Both the position numbers and the translations under genes were made by a program. The notes below the pieces were generated by a model. That model made no database searches, was not told the DNA's origin, and was given only the letters and a program-made list of their open reading frames with translations. This document shows, piece by piece, positions 1 through 13,351 of a stretch of DNA of 64,000 bases (the first letter of the stretch is position 1; each line of letters starts with the position of its first letter). The stretch comes from Antechinus flavipes (taxonomy: Eukaryota), in NCBI RefSeq assembly GCF_016432865.1, contig NC_067399.1:614234001-614298000 (forward strand), given 5' to 3'.

Positions 1-149
1 ATTTATACCAACAATAACTTGCTATAAAAACCTGTTACATAACATGAAACCCTTAGAGCTTTTTTAGATAAGTGCACATAACCATGCCTCTGTTATCCAT
101 TACTTAACATTTTTAAACTCAAGTGTTGTAATTTTCAATTATTGTTATT

Positions 150-470
150 CTATTTAATCTCATTTGTTTAGTCTGACTCTCCAACCCATCAGGGTAGCCT
201 TGGATCCTCTATCTTTCATTATGTTAACTACCCCTTCCAGTTTTGTCAAATCAGCAGATTTGATAAACTTGTTATCTATGCCTTTATCCAAGGTATTGAT
301 AAAAAGAATTAAGTCATTGATAATATTATTAACCAGCATGTAGTCAAACACAAATTCTTCTGCTTTACCTTAGAGATGTGATGCTAAATTGATGTTGGCT
401 TGTTTAACTGATCCAGTCATTCAGACAGTTCTGAATCCCTATATTAATATTGCCATCTTTTCCATAGAAA
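150..470 (-). mobile_element. Degenerate CR1/L3 LINE reverse transcriptase fragment
   Basis: Minus ORF 160-351 INTLDKGIDNKFIKSADLTKLEG resembles CR1 INDLDxGIxxxLIKFADDTKLGG. Confidence 0.75.
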
Positions 471-1095
471 TAGTATGTAAGAAGTATGTAATGAAATGCT
501 GTTTTTATAGTGGTGGTCTGATCTAGTTTAGTAACCCTTCCAAAAAAGAAAACGGACTTAACTTGGCTTACCTTGTTACTGGTAAAGTCTGTGTGGGTCT
601 TATCAGCATTTCATTGTCTAGATGTTCTTTCATGAACTATTCCATAACTTTCCTAGGAACTGGAGTCAAGCTCACTGGTGTGGAGTTTGAAAACTTCTTT
701 TCTCTTTCTTGAACCTGAAGCTGATTAATTCCTGCCCTTTCCCAGGCCTAGGCAACAGAATCACTGACTTTGTCTCCTCTGCTGGTTTTTTCAGTACCCA
801 AGGATGTGCTTGATGGCTGGAATTCATCTTCTTACCACCTCCTTCCTTACCTTGGGTCAGCATCCTGCTGGCTATTTTGGTTCCTTCCTTTCCAGTAAGT
901 GCAATGGAAGCCAGTACTCTTGGCAGACAAATACTTTCACATGCTCATAGCTCTGTGATCTCATCAGCTTGGGGTCTTGCTCCAGTGATCCAGTTTGCAA
1001 ACTCTCCATGCCTGCTTGTTTTGTTTCTCTCCTGTCCACCCCACTGGTCTGCTAGTGGTTTGGAGTCTGGCCTTCTCATAGTATAAAGAGAATCA

Positions 1096-1255
1096 CAGGG
1101 TCATAGATTTAGATCTGGAATGGACCTTAGAGACCATTGACTCCAATCCTCTTTTACAGATGAGGAAACGGAGGCCCAGAAAGGGTGATTTTCCTGGGGC
1201 CACGCGACAAGGATCTCTGAGGCGGGACTTGGATCCTGGTCTTCTTGGCTCCCAT
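1096..1255 (-). mobile_element. MIR-family SINE
   Basis: ttttacagatgaggaaacggagg core (reverse complement of the MIR core). Confidence 0.75.
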
Positions 1256-4200
1256 GTCCCCGCTCTGTCCCGTTACATCAGTGGTGCCAAAACTTCGGTA
1301 CAAATGGATCCCTGCAGATCGCATAGTGACATAGAAAATCTCAAATGGACATAATCTATGTTGTATTTTTGTGTATTTTGTTAGACATTTCCCAGTGCCA
1401 TTTTAATCTTGGAATCACAGCATGATGCCTCAAGAAAAGACACCAGTCAGTGTTCTCCTGTTTCCCTTGATGACATCCATTACTGCTTTTATTCTTACAG
1501 GTCTTTATATTGTATCTGCTGATGCAGCACTTCACCCCTACCTAACAATTTTCAGAGCCTCAGCCATCTTTGAAAAAAAAACAAACAGGAGAGGCAGAAG
1601 AGTCCCCTCAGCTCCATTCTTTCTGGGGTCACTTAGCCCTGTCCCTTCTATCCTGCTCACAAGCAGCACTTCTATCCTTTCCCTCATTTTTCATCTTCCC
1701 CTTTGAAAGCTGAAATCATTGTGAGCCTCACTGCTTCAGCTTAGAAATCACCTGAAAGCTAGAAAGCTTAGAAAAAACACCTCTCTCTCCCCTTTTCTCC
1801 CCATATAATTTTTTCATCTTCATATGTCCTTTTCCCCCATGTTACAGATGGGGAAACTGAGGCTACATAAATGGAGTTATTTCCCTCAGATTAAACATTA
1901 AGTCCCCAGTGGAGCAGTGGCCAGGTAAGGCAGGTCTTACCAGGTGATAATGTTGACTATTACATCAGGCTCCAAGGCACTGTGGCCCACTACCTGCCAT
2001 CTTCCTGAAGTGCACTCGGCAGACACCAAGCACGCTGGCTGTTTTCGGTGGCTGAGAGGGTGGAAGGGAGAACCTGGGGGGCGGGGGGGAGGGTGTCTGA
2101 GGATGTTTTAGCCTTGACCAGATTGCCAGGGAGTGAGGGAGAAAGTGTCCATTTGCAGACTGTGGATGCCCAGAAGAGCCTCTTCTCTCTAGCTGCCCCC
2201 CTCCCCCCCCCAGTGCTGTCCTGCTTGAATAGGAGGTCCCAGCAGGCACTGCCCCGTGCCCAGGAGCAACTTCTCCCTGCTCCGATGACCGAGGCTGTGG
2301 ACAAGTCAACAAGGTAGTGACTGCACTGTTCCCCAGGAGAGGAGGGAGCCGCCCTAGGAGGTGAGCAAGGTATAAGAGAGAGGACATGTGGAAAGACTCG
2401 GGCCCTGCAGAGAAGGGAAAACCCCAGAGGAGACCTCTGCTTGAGACACCAAGGTGAAGTTGTCTCGGCACTGAGAGTGAGGTACGGAGATTGAAAATGG
2501 CAGCCAGTGGGCCTCCGTGGAGGCCTCTCTCTTAGTCCGGGTAGTGCTCAGCACCCCTGAGCCCGGGTCCGGTCCTTCTCTCCTCAATCTAGAAGGAGCC
2601 GGAGAGAAGGACTAGCTGGCGAGATGATGATCTGGAGGGACCCGAGTGTGTCTGGGCAGGGCTGCCAGCCAGGCCGTCAGCTCCCCGCCAGCAGTGCCAG
2701 CCCTCCTCGCCTTGTCACTTTGGATTGCTTTTGGGAGCCCTGAGCTTGCCCAGGACAGAGGGGAGCTTGGGTGGGAAGTCTGTGTAATGATCTGCTGGAG
2801 CCTTTGGGCAGCCTCCGGCACACCTAGGACCCCTTCTGCACATGCCCTGGGCTTCTCCCCCACTCACATCTCTGGGCAGCCCCAGCAGAAAGAACACAGT
2901 GGTCAGAAGACCGGGGGGCCAGACGCACAGCCCCTTCACCTTCCGGAGCTTGAGCTTTCTCTTCTTCTCTGAAGTCCAGGGCTGCACTCCAGGTCTGACC
3001 GGTACTGCCCCGATGAGACAGACCCTTCCTGATGACTTATGTTGTCTAGGGCTGGGAAATTGTGTGCCCCTCCCTCCCCCCCACCTTTTGGGATTCCAGG
3101 TATTATTTTGATGCTTAGGGAGTGTGTTGGGAGAGTTTGGATGTGTTCTTGCCTCCTGCACCTTTCCAAGACCTCTGCTTCCTAGGTGACTGAATGCCTT
3201 TTTGAGATCTTAGAACCTTTAGATTTGAACACAGAACATTTTACAAAATTAACCAGCACAAACAAGATGTGAGGCAGAGGTTCTCCACCTGCCAGACATG
3301 CCATGCTTGCCAAGGAGGCCTCTGCCCCTGGATAATATTCTTTTCCAGTGCTACCCTCTCTTTACCCTCACCTACTTCCCTAATGAGACTTTATGCCTCT
3401 CTGTCAGAATTTCTAACCTTACATCCCAATCCCTATAAAAAAAATCTCTTTTATCAATCTAAATAAAACAAGATGTGAGAGTGGTTCAGAGCTATAATGA
3501 GGGGGAGAGCCTAAAGTAATGAGGAGACCTGGGGATGGGAAGGTTGTAGTGAGTGGCTGTACTAACATTTCCTTTGCGTTTTATCTTCTTCTCATCTTGC
3601 TTGTGGTAAAAAACAAATATCACACCTTTCCACTTAGAGGTGGCAATCTTTGTTTTTTGGTCAGCTCTCTGATTATCCTTGGGAGCAAATGCAGGATGAA
3701 GCACACAGGTGGGGGGGAAATGTAGTTATATGTGTGTGTGGTGTGCTTGGAATATAGGCTGTGCTGAAGATATTGCCATCAAGGACCTGCCCTGTAGGCC
3801 TCATCTCATGGGAGTCTCATATAAACAGCCCTGGAATATAGGAACTATCCAGTATCATTAGCTATATTTAACAGATGAAGAAACTAAGGCTGGAAGAACT
3901 CACATATCTGTCCCATAGTCACACAGCTACATAGCACCCCATATGCTGTACCCTACAATACACCACTGATTCCATGGCAAGGAAATAAAACTGTTCAAAC
4001 ATATATTATGGAGGAAAATAAGCAATTCCACAAACCCTTAGAGTCTACTCTTACCCATGGAACTCTTTTAGTTTTAGAGAATATTATTTAAAAGTTTGCT
4101 CTCCAGCAGGAGCTTTTAACTCTGGAAACACCAGACTTTCTCTAGATAGATTTCAGGAGGTCCTTGAACTTGAATGAGAGAAAAAAAATTATTCTTATTT

Positions 4201-4261
4201 TCACTAGTCTGTAATTGAAATTTTAACATTTTGCTCAATTATGTGCTTTTTTTTTTTTAAA

Positions 4262-4505
4262 TTAGAAGCAGTATGGTGTGGATTCAGTATTGGACTTGGA
4301 CCAGGAAACTTGCTTTATGTGCCATTCCTGACATTAAGCTCTGTATCCATAGGCAAATCACTCATTGGATTTGTTTCCTCATCTATAAAATGGGGGATGA
4401 ATATAATACCAGTAAGTCTCTGCTTCTTAGAATTGTTGTGATGTTTAAATGAGACTATATGGGATGTGCTTTACCAATTTTAGACAACCATATAAATGTT
4501 AGTCT
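4262..4505 (+). mobile_element. MIR SINE, near full length
   Basis: gtttcctcatctataaaatggggatgaatataatacc...ttgttgtgatgtttaaatgag. Confidence 0.8.
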
Positions 4506-4964
4506 TGTCACAATTTAATAGTCAAGGCAGTGACTTACTCTGCCTTCAACAATAATGAGAGTAATCCTTTTTATAGCAAAGGTAAGAGAATAAATGAAGA
4601 GACCCCTACAAAACACTTGCAGCTGTTTGAGGGGTCTCAGTTAATACCAGGAGGTGCAACTATATTTGGTGAGCATCTTTCCTAAAAGGCATGTACTGGG
4701 AACCATGAATAAATTCTGGATAGTGGATAGGAAAAAGAAATAAATCCATGCAGATGAGTGAAAGGATGTTTTACTACACACATCTGTGTGTACTTGCATT
4801 TGTTTAGGTCAGTGTTCATGTCACTATTAATGCAGAATATGAAGTCTTTCTTTGTCTTGGTAGTAATTGAGGAGGATATTGTGAATAGAATTTACCTAGA
4901 GTTCAGCAGAATATTGACAAAGGTTCTCATTCAGTCCTTATGGACACAGTAGAGAGATGTAGGT

Positions 4965-5800
4965 TAGATATTAGCATATAATTAGATAGATTTTGAAATT
5001 AATAAATATCTGGACCCAAAAAATAGCCTTTAGCAGCTGAATGTCTATGTCCCTGGGATCTTCTTTACTGTGTTGCTAATTATCAGGGGCTTTTGATAAA
5101 TGAATAAATGGCACGCGTATCAGATTTGCAGATGACACCTTTAGAAGATATCAACTAAAATATTGGGTGAATCTGGATCCCAGATTTTGACAGATTAATG
5201 GACTGAGAGATTAGATGAATGAAACTATTCCACACTTAGATTTTTTAAAATTAGCTTTAGAGGTACATGTTAGAAGAAAGAGGTGGTGCTGTAAGTTTGT
5301 TTGCAAAAGGCCTCTAGCTTTTAATAGGCAATCAGTTCAGTGTGGTTGCCAGGAAAGCTAAAGTAATTAAAGATTAGCTCCAGAGGAAGAGTTCCCAAAT
5401 CCAAGATTTCTGGTAAGACCACCTTTGAAATACTGTATCCCGTTTAGGCATTGCATTTTAGGAAGGAGTGTGTTGTTAACCTGGAGATTATCCAGAGCAG
5501 GATGATGGGTGATGAAAAGGATCATTCTTCCATGTGAGATCTGTTGACAGAAATGGGGAGTTTGGAGTGTTCATGCTAGCTGTCTTCAATGAAGTGTTTG
5601 AAGGGTTGTCATGTGGAAAGATGAAGCTAGTTCTGCTTGGCCCTCTGGGGCAGAAGTCTGAGCAGGGCATGGACCTTGTTAAGAGTTGATTCCAGCTCTT
5701 GAAGAACCTCTCTGAATGGAAGGAGCCGCCTTACTACGGGATGAAGTAGAAAACAGTCCTGGTTAGGTTGAATACGATAACCTGAGAATCTTCCATCTTG
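4965..5800 (+). mobile_element. Degenerate CR1/L3 LINE 3' portion
   Basis: atcagatttgcagatgacacc (IRFADDT) at about 5119 and CR1-like downstream sequence. Confidence 0.7.
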
Positions 5801-8039
5801 GAGATTCTGTGATCACTGTTTGTCCTCCAGTTCTCCCCAGTCTTCCTAAGCTTTCCTTCTCCCCTAACCTGACACAGCTCATTGTTAAAAGGAGCAATCC
5901 CTGGCTCTCCCAACCAAGTGCTCAGAGCTCCCTTTTGTGTACCCCTTCTTTCTGCAATTTAGGACATTTGTCCTCTTACCTCTAGGAGCATGAAATAAAT
6001 ACTGGAGGAGGGAAAGAAATGTCCGTGTCCTTCTCTGCCCAGACCTATGAGTAATCAATCCTCCTATTTATTGAGAGGCAAAGAAGCCCAAGAAGAGCTG
6101 GGACAGCGGGTTTTTTTTGCTGATATTTACTGCATCATCCAGGACTAATTCTCTAAGCTATAAATACTGTTTCCTTGAGGACCCTAAGTACCTTCAGGCC
6201 TGTCGAATAAGGATCATGTGCCAGACACCGAGGATACAAATGTAGTGAATCAAAAAATCTCTGCTCTCAGGGAAGGAACTTACATTCTGATGAGGAAGAC
6301 AGCAAGTACATGTATAAGTATAAAGGGACTTTATAAAGTATAAAGTAAATTCAAGGAAGCTTAAAGAAGGGCATGAGCTATTGAAGGTATTGGGAAGGGC
6401 TTCATTTATGATGTTAAAATGGCCTTCTGCAGCTCTGGATGAATTCTCTTTCTTCAGGTCTGTCTCTGCCTGGGAAAGGCTCCCACACCCTGTACCATGG
6501 ACTTTAATTAAGCAGGATGGCAGATTTTATCACAACGTGTGTCTGGGGAGATTTGAAGCTCTGTTGGTGAATCGGTGGTTCTCCATTGGATTTGGGGTTT
6601 ATGAATACAGAATGGTGTGAGGGCAGTGAGGTTATATAGAATGTGTCTAGAATTAGGCTCAGTTTTGCCTTAATATTGACTGCTCTTAAGGAAAGTTACT
6701 GTCAGTTGCTTTTATGATGAGGAAGTGCGGTCACAGCCATACCCCAAGAGCATGGAGTATCCTGGGGATGCTGCTTGGTAACAGTGTAGATGGCGGTAGG
6801 GGGTGCGGCTAGGGAGCAGTACAGATATAAATAGGAATGATTTCCTGGCATTGGTGAGCTGTGACTTTGTCCTGATGGAGAGCAATGCTGGTTGAGTGGG
6901 GTTTCTGCTTTTCTGGAAATTGTCCTTCATAGCTAGGCTAGACTCTGGCCCAAAGTGTTTTGATCATATTATTTTTGAAAAGTCTATTGTGAGTTTTTGG
7001 GGATTAGAATGAGAACCGTCTGCCTAAGCATCAGAGAGCCTTTCTGCCTGACCCCATTCGCTCCCTTCGGGTGCCTGGCCGGCCCTAGACTTCACCAGGC
7101 CTGCTGGGCTGTTGCTCCCAACTCCCTCCTCGTTCTCACCATATCCGCACTCAGGTGTGCGTTACCATTCCAGTTTATCCAGCTGCCTCCCCGGCATCAT
7201 TCTCTCAGGGGGCCGACCCCAGGCAGAATTGGGAAGTCACTCTAAGGCCCTCCTCCAGCTCCACCAGACACCATTCATTAGTGATGTCTCACCACTGCTC
7301 TTCCCCTCATTATCTTCCTGAACCACAGGCTCCCAGTGCCCTCCTAGGCTCCACCACCCCCCACCCACACTTGGCACACTGACTCTGCAAACCTGCTCTC
7401 AGCTAGCCAGCCCATCAAAATGGAGATGGTCAGCTGAATCACACATGTCAAGGTGGGGAAGTCTTTTTGGGTTTTGTTCATGTAGGGAATAATTTCTTAA
7501 ATTTCATTCATGTAGGGGATAATTTCTTAACCCAAAAAAATGAAGATGCTCTAAATGGAAGCATTCCAAGCATCAGTGAGAGAAATCTTGGCCCATTAAA
7601 TTGTGCCAGCAGGCAACTTTGTAAGGCTTGTTTTCTGGCCTCCAGTGCACGCCCAACTGCTCTGTAATTCAGAGGTTTTCTCCCTCTTACTCTGTAATTC
7701 ACACACTTCACTCCTTCACTCCCTATCCTATTCAAACGATGCATTCACCTCTACTGTTCATACTTACAGTATGTCTTTGGACTGTCTCCCCATGCATCCA
7801 TCCCTATCCTTTCATTGTTTGTTCCGTCCTTCTGAGGGTTCATATGGCATACTTAAGGAAGGAATTCCCTGGGTCTGTCTGTGTCTGTGCAGCACACATC
7901 CATATTTGCTATGTCTACATGATCGTGAAACCCTGGTGAGGGAGGAGAGAATGGAGCTGCAGAGTGGCTGTCTCCTCCAGCCCATGCATGTAGTTGTCTG
8001 CTCAGCTATTCTTTGTGTCCTCATTTGCCCTGGCTCCTT

Positions 8040-8640
8040 AAACTGCAAATAGTTTATTAAACTCCTACTGTGTGCCAGACTAGAAAAGCAAAAGGCAGCC
8101 CCTGCTCTCAAGGAGCTCACTTGTGAACAACTCTCTAGAGATCATCAAAAGAGGGCAAGTACTAGAAGTAATTGCACCACGGTGGGCTTTTAGTTGGGAG
8201 TGGGGATCAGAAAGAGGGGGAGGATTCTAAATGGGGAGAACAGCCCTGAAAAGTGCCAGAAATCAGGAAATGGAATATCTCTTGAAGAGGAATGACAAAG
8301 AGGTGGGGGAAGACTGGAAATGGGGACGGGGAGTAATTATGTAAGACTTGGAATGCCAGGGATCTTCTGTTTGATATTAGATTCTGGAAGTGATGGAGAG
8401 CCAAGGGAGTTTATTGAGAAGGCAGAGTGACATGGTCAAATCTCCACTTTAGGAAAATCCCATTGGCAACTGAAGGGAGGATGGGTTGAAGAGGAGAGAA
8501 CCTGTTAACAAGGAGACCCACCAGCAAAGTATTGTGAGTGGTCAGGCAGGAGGTGAGGAGGGCCTGCTCCTTGGTAGAAGAGATCTTGGAAAGGTAGCCA
8601 GGAAGGAGACTGAGGAGGAGGAAAAAAAGAAAGCTTTAGT
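8040..8640 (-). mobile_element. L2 LINE 3' fragments
   Basis: tttattaaactcctactgtgtgccagac...ctcaaggagctcac tail and following L2-like purine-rich sequence. Confidence 0.65.
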
Positions 8641-9085
8641 GACAGGGAGGAGAGTGGTGCCCTTGAAAGTGAAGAGAAGTTAGGAAGAAGGAAGGGTTTA
8701 GGAGAAAAGATGAGTGCAGTAAGTTGTCTGAGGGCCATCCAATTTGAGATTTTTAATAGACAATCTTCATGTTCTCTTCCTATTCTCCAGTCTCTTTTTG
8801 CCTTTCATGCATATATCCTTTCTTTGCTCACAAAAAAAGTTAATTCAAATTAGCAATTATAAACTACACACAAATCAACCAAATGAAAGGTTTGCTTTGT
8901 TTTAGTCATTTGTGGTTGGATAAAGTTCGGTTTTTATTTGTGTCTATCTGAAAATCTAGACAAGCAGCTCTTGCAAAAACCAACATTTAATCTTGCACAA
9001 GTGGAGAAGCACTTCATACCATGGACTGTCAGTTGGTGTGCTTAAAGATGAACTAGGAAGGCTTATGCCGGCCCAAGGAGGCAAG

Positions 9086-9104
9086 GGGCGCCCTCTGCTG
9101 GCAC
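9086..9104 (-). promoter_or_regulatory. CTCF motif CCAGCAGAGGGCGC in UBTD1 intron 1
   Basis: Full match to CCASYAGRKGGCRS on the minus strand (core 9088-9101). Confidence 0.65.
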
Positions 9105-11892
9105 CCAGGCCTGGCTCCTGCGGAGAAAAAAAATGGGGCTGTTTACTCCAGTTATTCTGAGCCCCCTTTCTCCCACAAATATTCTCATTCTAAAAGTGGA
9201 GAGGGCAAGAAAGGAAATTTTTGAAACACTTTGAAGCATCCTGGTCCACTGTCAGTCTTAACCTTCATCCTTTGGAAATGTTCAGGTAATATATTTCTAT
9301 ACAAGGGCTTTTCAAATTGTAAAGCACCACAGAACATTTATTATTCTCACTCATATTGTAAGCAAGAAATGGATAGCTACAAAGCAACGTGGTGTCCTAC
9401 AAAACTGGCTCGGAAGACTGTTCCTGCAGGAGAGTTAAAAAAAAAAAGGCTCTGTCCTCTGGCAGCCTCGTTGGTGGCAGGAGGGATAGAAATCACTCCT
9501 CAGAAACTTAGACAGCTGTGTGGCTCAGGTCAGCTCCCTTCACCTGCCCTGCTCTCAGTTTCCCCATCTGTATAGTGAGGAGTTTGGATTTGAGAAACGA
9601 GCATTCAGCTTCAGGAGGTGGCTATTTTAAGTGACAACACTCATCTGTGTGTAAAAGTTGTGGTTTGTTTAAAAATCAGTCCTGGATAACCTGTGCACAT
9701 AAAGCAGTGTGACTAGGGAAGTGATGCTGCTGAGATGGGGGACGGGTCCATGCACGTGCTCCCCATCCACTCTCCTCTGTGAGAGAACACGCTTCTCAGG
9801 CTCACATCTCTCAGCTCTCGAGCCCACAGCTGGAAACGAGAAAGCAAACAAGAAATAATCATGGCTCCCAGGTGCTTTTACAGTTACTGATCTAATTTGG
9901 TCTTCACAACAAATCTATAGAATAGGATTTAAAAAACGAAATAAAACCAAAAAAAACCTTGATTCAGAAAATTTAGTTAACTTGCCCAAGGTCGCATTAG
10001 CTTTTACTGGATGCCTTGTGTGTGCCAGACAGGCAGACTCTGGGCTGGTGCTGGAGCACAAACACATGTCCCCTCCCTGCAGAAGGCCACCTTCTGCTGG
10101 TAAATGCAAAGCGGTTTCCTTGGAGGGAGGTTTCTTGTGGGAGGCGCCCTGAGCTGAAGCTTCTGAAGTGACCGTGTGCTCTCCAGCCGTGGTGGGGCCC
10201 GGAATGCAGGCAGAAGGACGATGGGCATGGAGGAGGCCAGCCCCCAAGTGGCACATTGGCATTAGCCCTTGGTGCCCTTTCGTGGAGACAGCAGTATGTT
10301 GCTGGGAACGTGTGTGTGTGTGTGTTAATGTTTAAGCTTTTCCTTTTTCATTTTCCTACAGTATGACATGATTTAGTTTAAAAAAAAACTGTAATTTTTT
10401 TTTTAAAAGAATGATGTGCTTTAAGCTGAGGAATTGGGAGCTTCTGGAACTTTACTGGATAGAGAATGACATAATCCCGGGGGCTTGGCGGGTGTTGGGC
10501 TAGTGACAGCGCAGGAGAGAAGCTCCTGCTGCCACATGTCCAGGGAGGAGGCTGATGCAGGAGGTGCCGAAGGACCAAGTCGCCGTCTGGTGGCCAGTCG
10601 GACGCGGTGGGCTGAGGAGGAGGGGGGAGGGCCTGAAGGTGGCACTCTAGGTAACAGGCAGTGAGGTGGTGCCTTCCCCAGAAATAGAGAAGGGAGGGAG
10701 TGGGGAGTGCTGGGGGGGAGGGGTCATGAGTTCTGCTTCCGAAAAGTTGAGTTCAACAAGTGTACGGGACATCCCCTGGCAGGTGGTCATGTGCGCAGAT
10801 CTGGGAAGAGGGGAGCAAGATTCAGCAACACACAAATGAGACGGGAAGAGGAGGTGGTCAGCAGTGTCCCACAAAGGGGCCAAGAAGCAAAGATAGAGGG
10901 GGAAACCAGATTCCCAGCCGGGAAATGATGGAGGAGGGAGGTAACCTGGTGGAGGTGAGGTCCAGCAAAGGCTTTGGGGAGATGAGGAGTTGGGTGAGGT
11001 TTTCAGCATCAGAGAAGAAACTGGCAGCTGTGTGACTCTGGTAAACTCCCTTAACCTGTCCTCTTTTCCATTTCCCCATCTGTAAAGTGAGGGGTTTGGA
11101 TTTAATCAACTCTAAATCTATGCTCTAGAAATCGATGAAGTTTATTCCTGGGAGAGTCTCCTCACCCATGCTTCCTGTTGCACCAGACACTGCTGAGAAG
11201 GCCTTATCTCATTTCCCAACCTCATCAGATTAGAAACAAACATCAAGTGAGATGTAGAGGAAATTGGAAAGAGGGACTGAGGGAATGGAGGAGATACTAA
11301 AAAAAATAAATTTGACCACAAGAACTCAAAAAACATGTGTCTGCATTTATTTATCAGAGAGGCAGCCCCTACTGGCTCTTTTTTTTTTTTTTTTTTGGTC
11401 CTGTTGACAACAAAAAGCATTTTGTAGTTTAGAAGACTTACATCACAGAGTAAGTGTGATGAGTTTTAGCTGCAAGATGGACCAATATTCTGAAGCTGTT
11501 TATAGACATAATTACAATTTCAAAATTTTGAGAGCTGTGTAATAATAAAAATGAGCCATAAGTTGTTTTTTCCTTTGGATACAGTTTTTTAATCATATTT
11601 TTGGAGTGAAGATTTAAGAAAACTTCCTTTAAAACATTTCCAATTGGTGGAGGAAATGCCGGTCTTTTAAAATGTCTGTTATTGCCTAAAAATATATTTT
11701 AGGGGTGTAGGAACGTGACTTTTTTGGAGCAAATTCTCATTCTGTGAAAAGGTTCCCCAGACTTACATGACTCATAGCTGCTGCTGGAGGGCAACAGATG
11801 GGCCTGGACTCTCTGAGATGGACCTTCCCCAGAACCAGAGTGGAATCATCTGGGGCAGCAAGGAGCCCTCTCATCCCTTTTCTCTCTGGTAG

Positions 11893-12120
11893 GACGTAAC
11901 GAGCCCTTGAAGAAGGAGAGGCCCAAGTGGAAGAGTGACTACCCCATGACAGATGGGCAGCTGCGGAGCAAGCGAGATGAGTTCTGGGACACTGCCCCAG
12001 CCTTCGAAGGCCGGAAGGAGATCTGGGATGCCCTTAAGGCAGCCACCTTTGCAGTGGAGGCAAATGACCACGAGCTGGCACAAGCCATCTTGGATGGAGC
12101 TAGCATCACCCTGCCCCACG
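11893..12120 (+). CDS. UBTD1: UBTD1 coding exon 2 (exon 1 lies upstream of the window; 1-11892 is intron 1)
   Basis: ag|GACGTAAC...CCCCACG|gtgag, 228 nt; encodes (G)[50 protein letters not shown]...ITLPH, matching remembered human UBTD1. Confidence 0.96.
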
Positions 12121-12236
12121 GTGAGCGGAGCCGGCAGCTGGAGGCAGGCCGGGCTGGGGGGGGGGGGGGGGCAGGCATCGGGAGAAAAGGGGGAGGGTCT
12201 CCCTGGTTCTCCTCATGTTTTGCTCTTCCTACATAG

Positions 12237-12622
12237 GTTCTCTGAGCGAGTGTTACGATGAACTAGGCAATCGCTATCAGCTCCCCGTCTACTGCTTGGC
12301 ACCTCCAGTCAACTTGCTTCTAGAGCGCAGCGAGGACGATGGGGTGGAACCTCCAGAACCAGCCCCCAGTACCCGGCGCGAGTTCCCTCTTAAGGTGCGC
12401 CTGTCCACCGGCAAGGACGTGAGGCTCAACGCCAGCCTGTCCGACACGATCGGGCAGCTCAAGAGGCAGCTGCATGCCCAGGAGGGCATCGAGCCTTCCT
12501 GGCAGCGCTGGTTCTTCTCTGGGAAGCTGCTCACCGATCGCATGCGGCTACAGGAGACCAAGATCCAGAAGGATTTTGTTATCCAAGTAATCATCAACCA
12601 GCCCCTGCCGCCCCAGGACTGA
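12237..12622 (+). CDS. UBTD1: UBTD1 coding exon 3 (ubiquitin-like domain, stop TGA)
   Basis: atag|GTTCT..., phase 1 matches exon 2; SLSECYDELGNRYQLPVYCL...LKVRLSTGKDVRL...QVIINQPLPPQD*. Confidence 0.96.
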
Positions 12623-13345
12623 CGCTCCCAGAGGGAGGGCAGGGAAGGGCTCCTCCTTCCACCTGGAACCCCAGGCTCGCCCTCCTGCTGCCCTTGATCA
12701 CTCTTGTCTTCTTCAGGTGATACCTTCCTTGGTTGCTGCTTTTGTTGGCAGTGGAGGAACACTGCCAGGTGCCTCTGGGGTTACTTGATAAAGGCCTCCG
12801 AGAAGCAGTGCTGCTACATACAAGCCCCCAGAATAGGGTTTTTTGCTGATCCTGGTGCAAGAAAAGCAGGGGATTGCTCACTTCTCCTGGGTTAACAAGG
12901 TAGCCTCCTGGTTACACCTCTCCCACGGCAGGGTAGGGCAAATCACTTCTGGCTAAAGGGCCAGCGGCCCCTGGCCCATCGGGCCCAGATCTATCTAGTC
13001 TGGTGCTGTAGGCTGTGCTTACTACCAGCTTTTCCTCAGGGTCGGAAGCAGCTTCTGCCTCCCACACTCCCGGCTCTGTTGTGGGCACGGTGCCAGGTCC
13101 CATTAGTGAAGGGGACCAACAGTGAGTCCCAGGGAGCGGTGAGAGCTGATGAGGGCCCTCCCCTCTCTCCCTGCCCCAGCACAATTGGCAGGGGTGAGGG
13201 TGTGTGGCAGAGATGTAGCCTGAGCTGTTCCAGAATATTTCTGGACAGACTCATCTTCCCAGATGGAACCCTGGCGTGGCTGTCTCCAGGCTGGTTGTCT
13301 TTCCCATGGTGGGTCCTTGTGTACAGAAATATTTGCATATTTATC

Positions 13346-13351
13346 AATAAA
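13346..13351 (+). terminator. UBTD1: UBTD1 polyadenylation signal AATAAA
   Basis: First AATAAA I found after the stop, about 720 nt downstream, followed by a T/C-rich downstream element. Confidence 0.75.

Noticed and set aside
2048-2366. GC-rich ORF and GAG|GTGAGC donor in UBTD1 intron 1 as a possible alternative exon
   Set aside because: The frame compatible with UBTD1 hits TAG at 2315-2317; no recognisable homology
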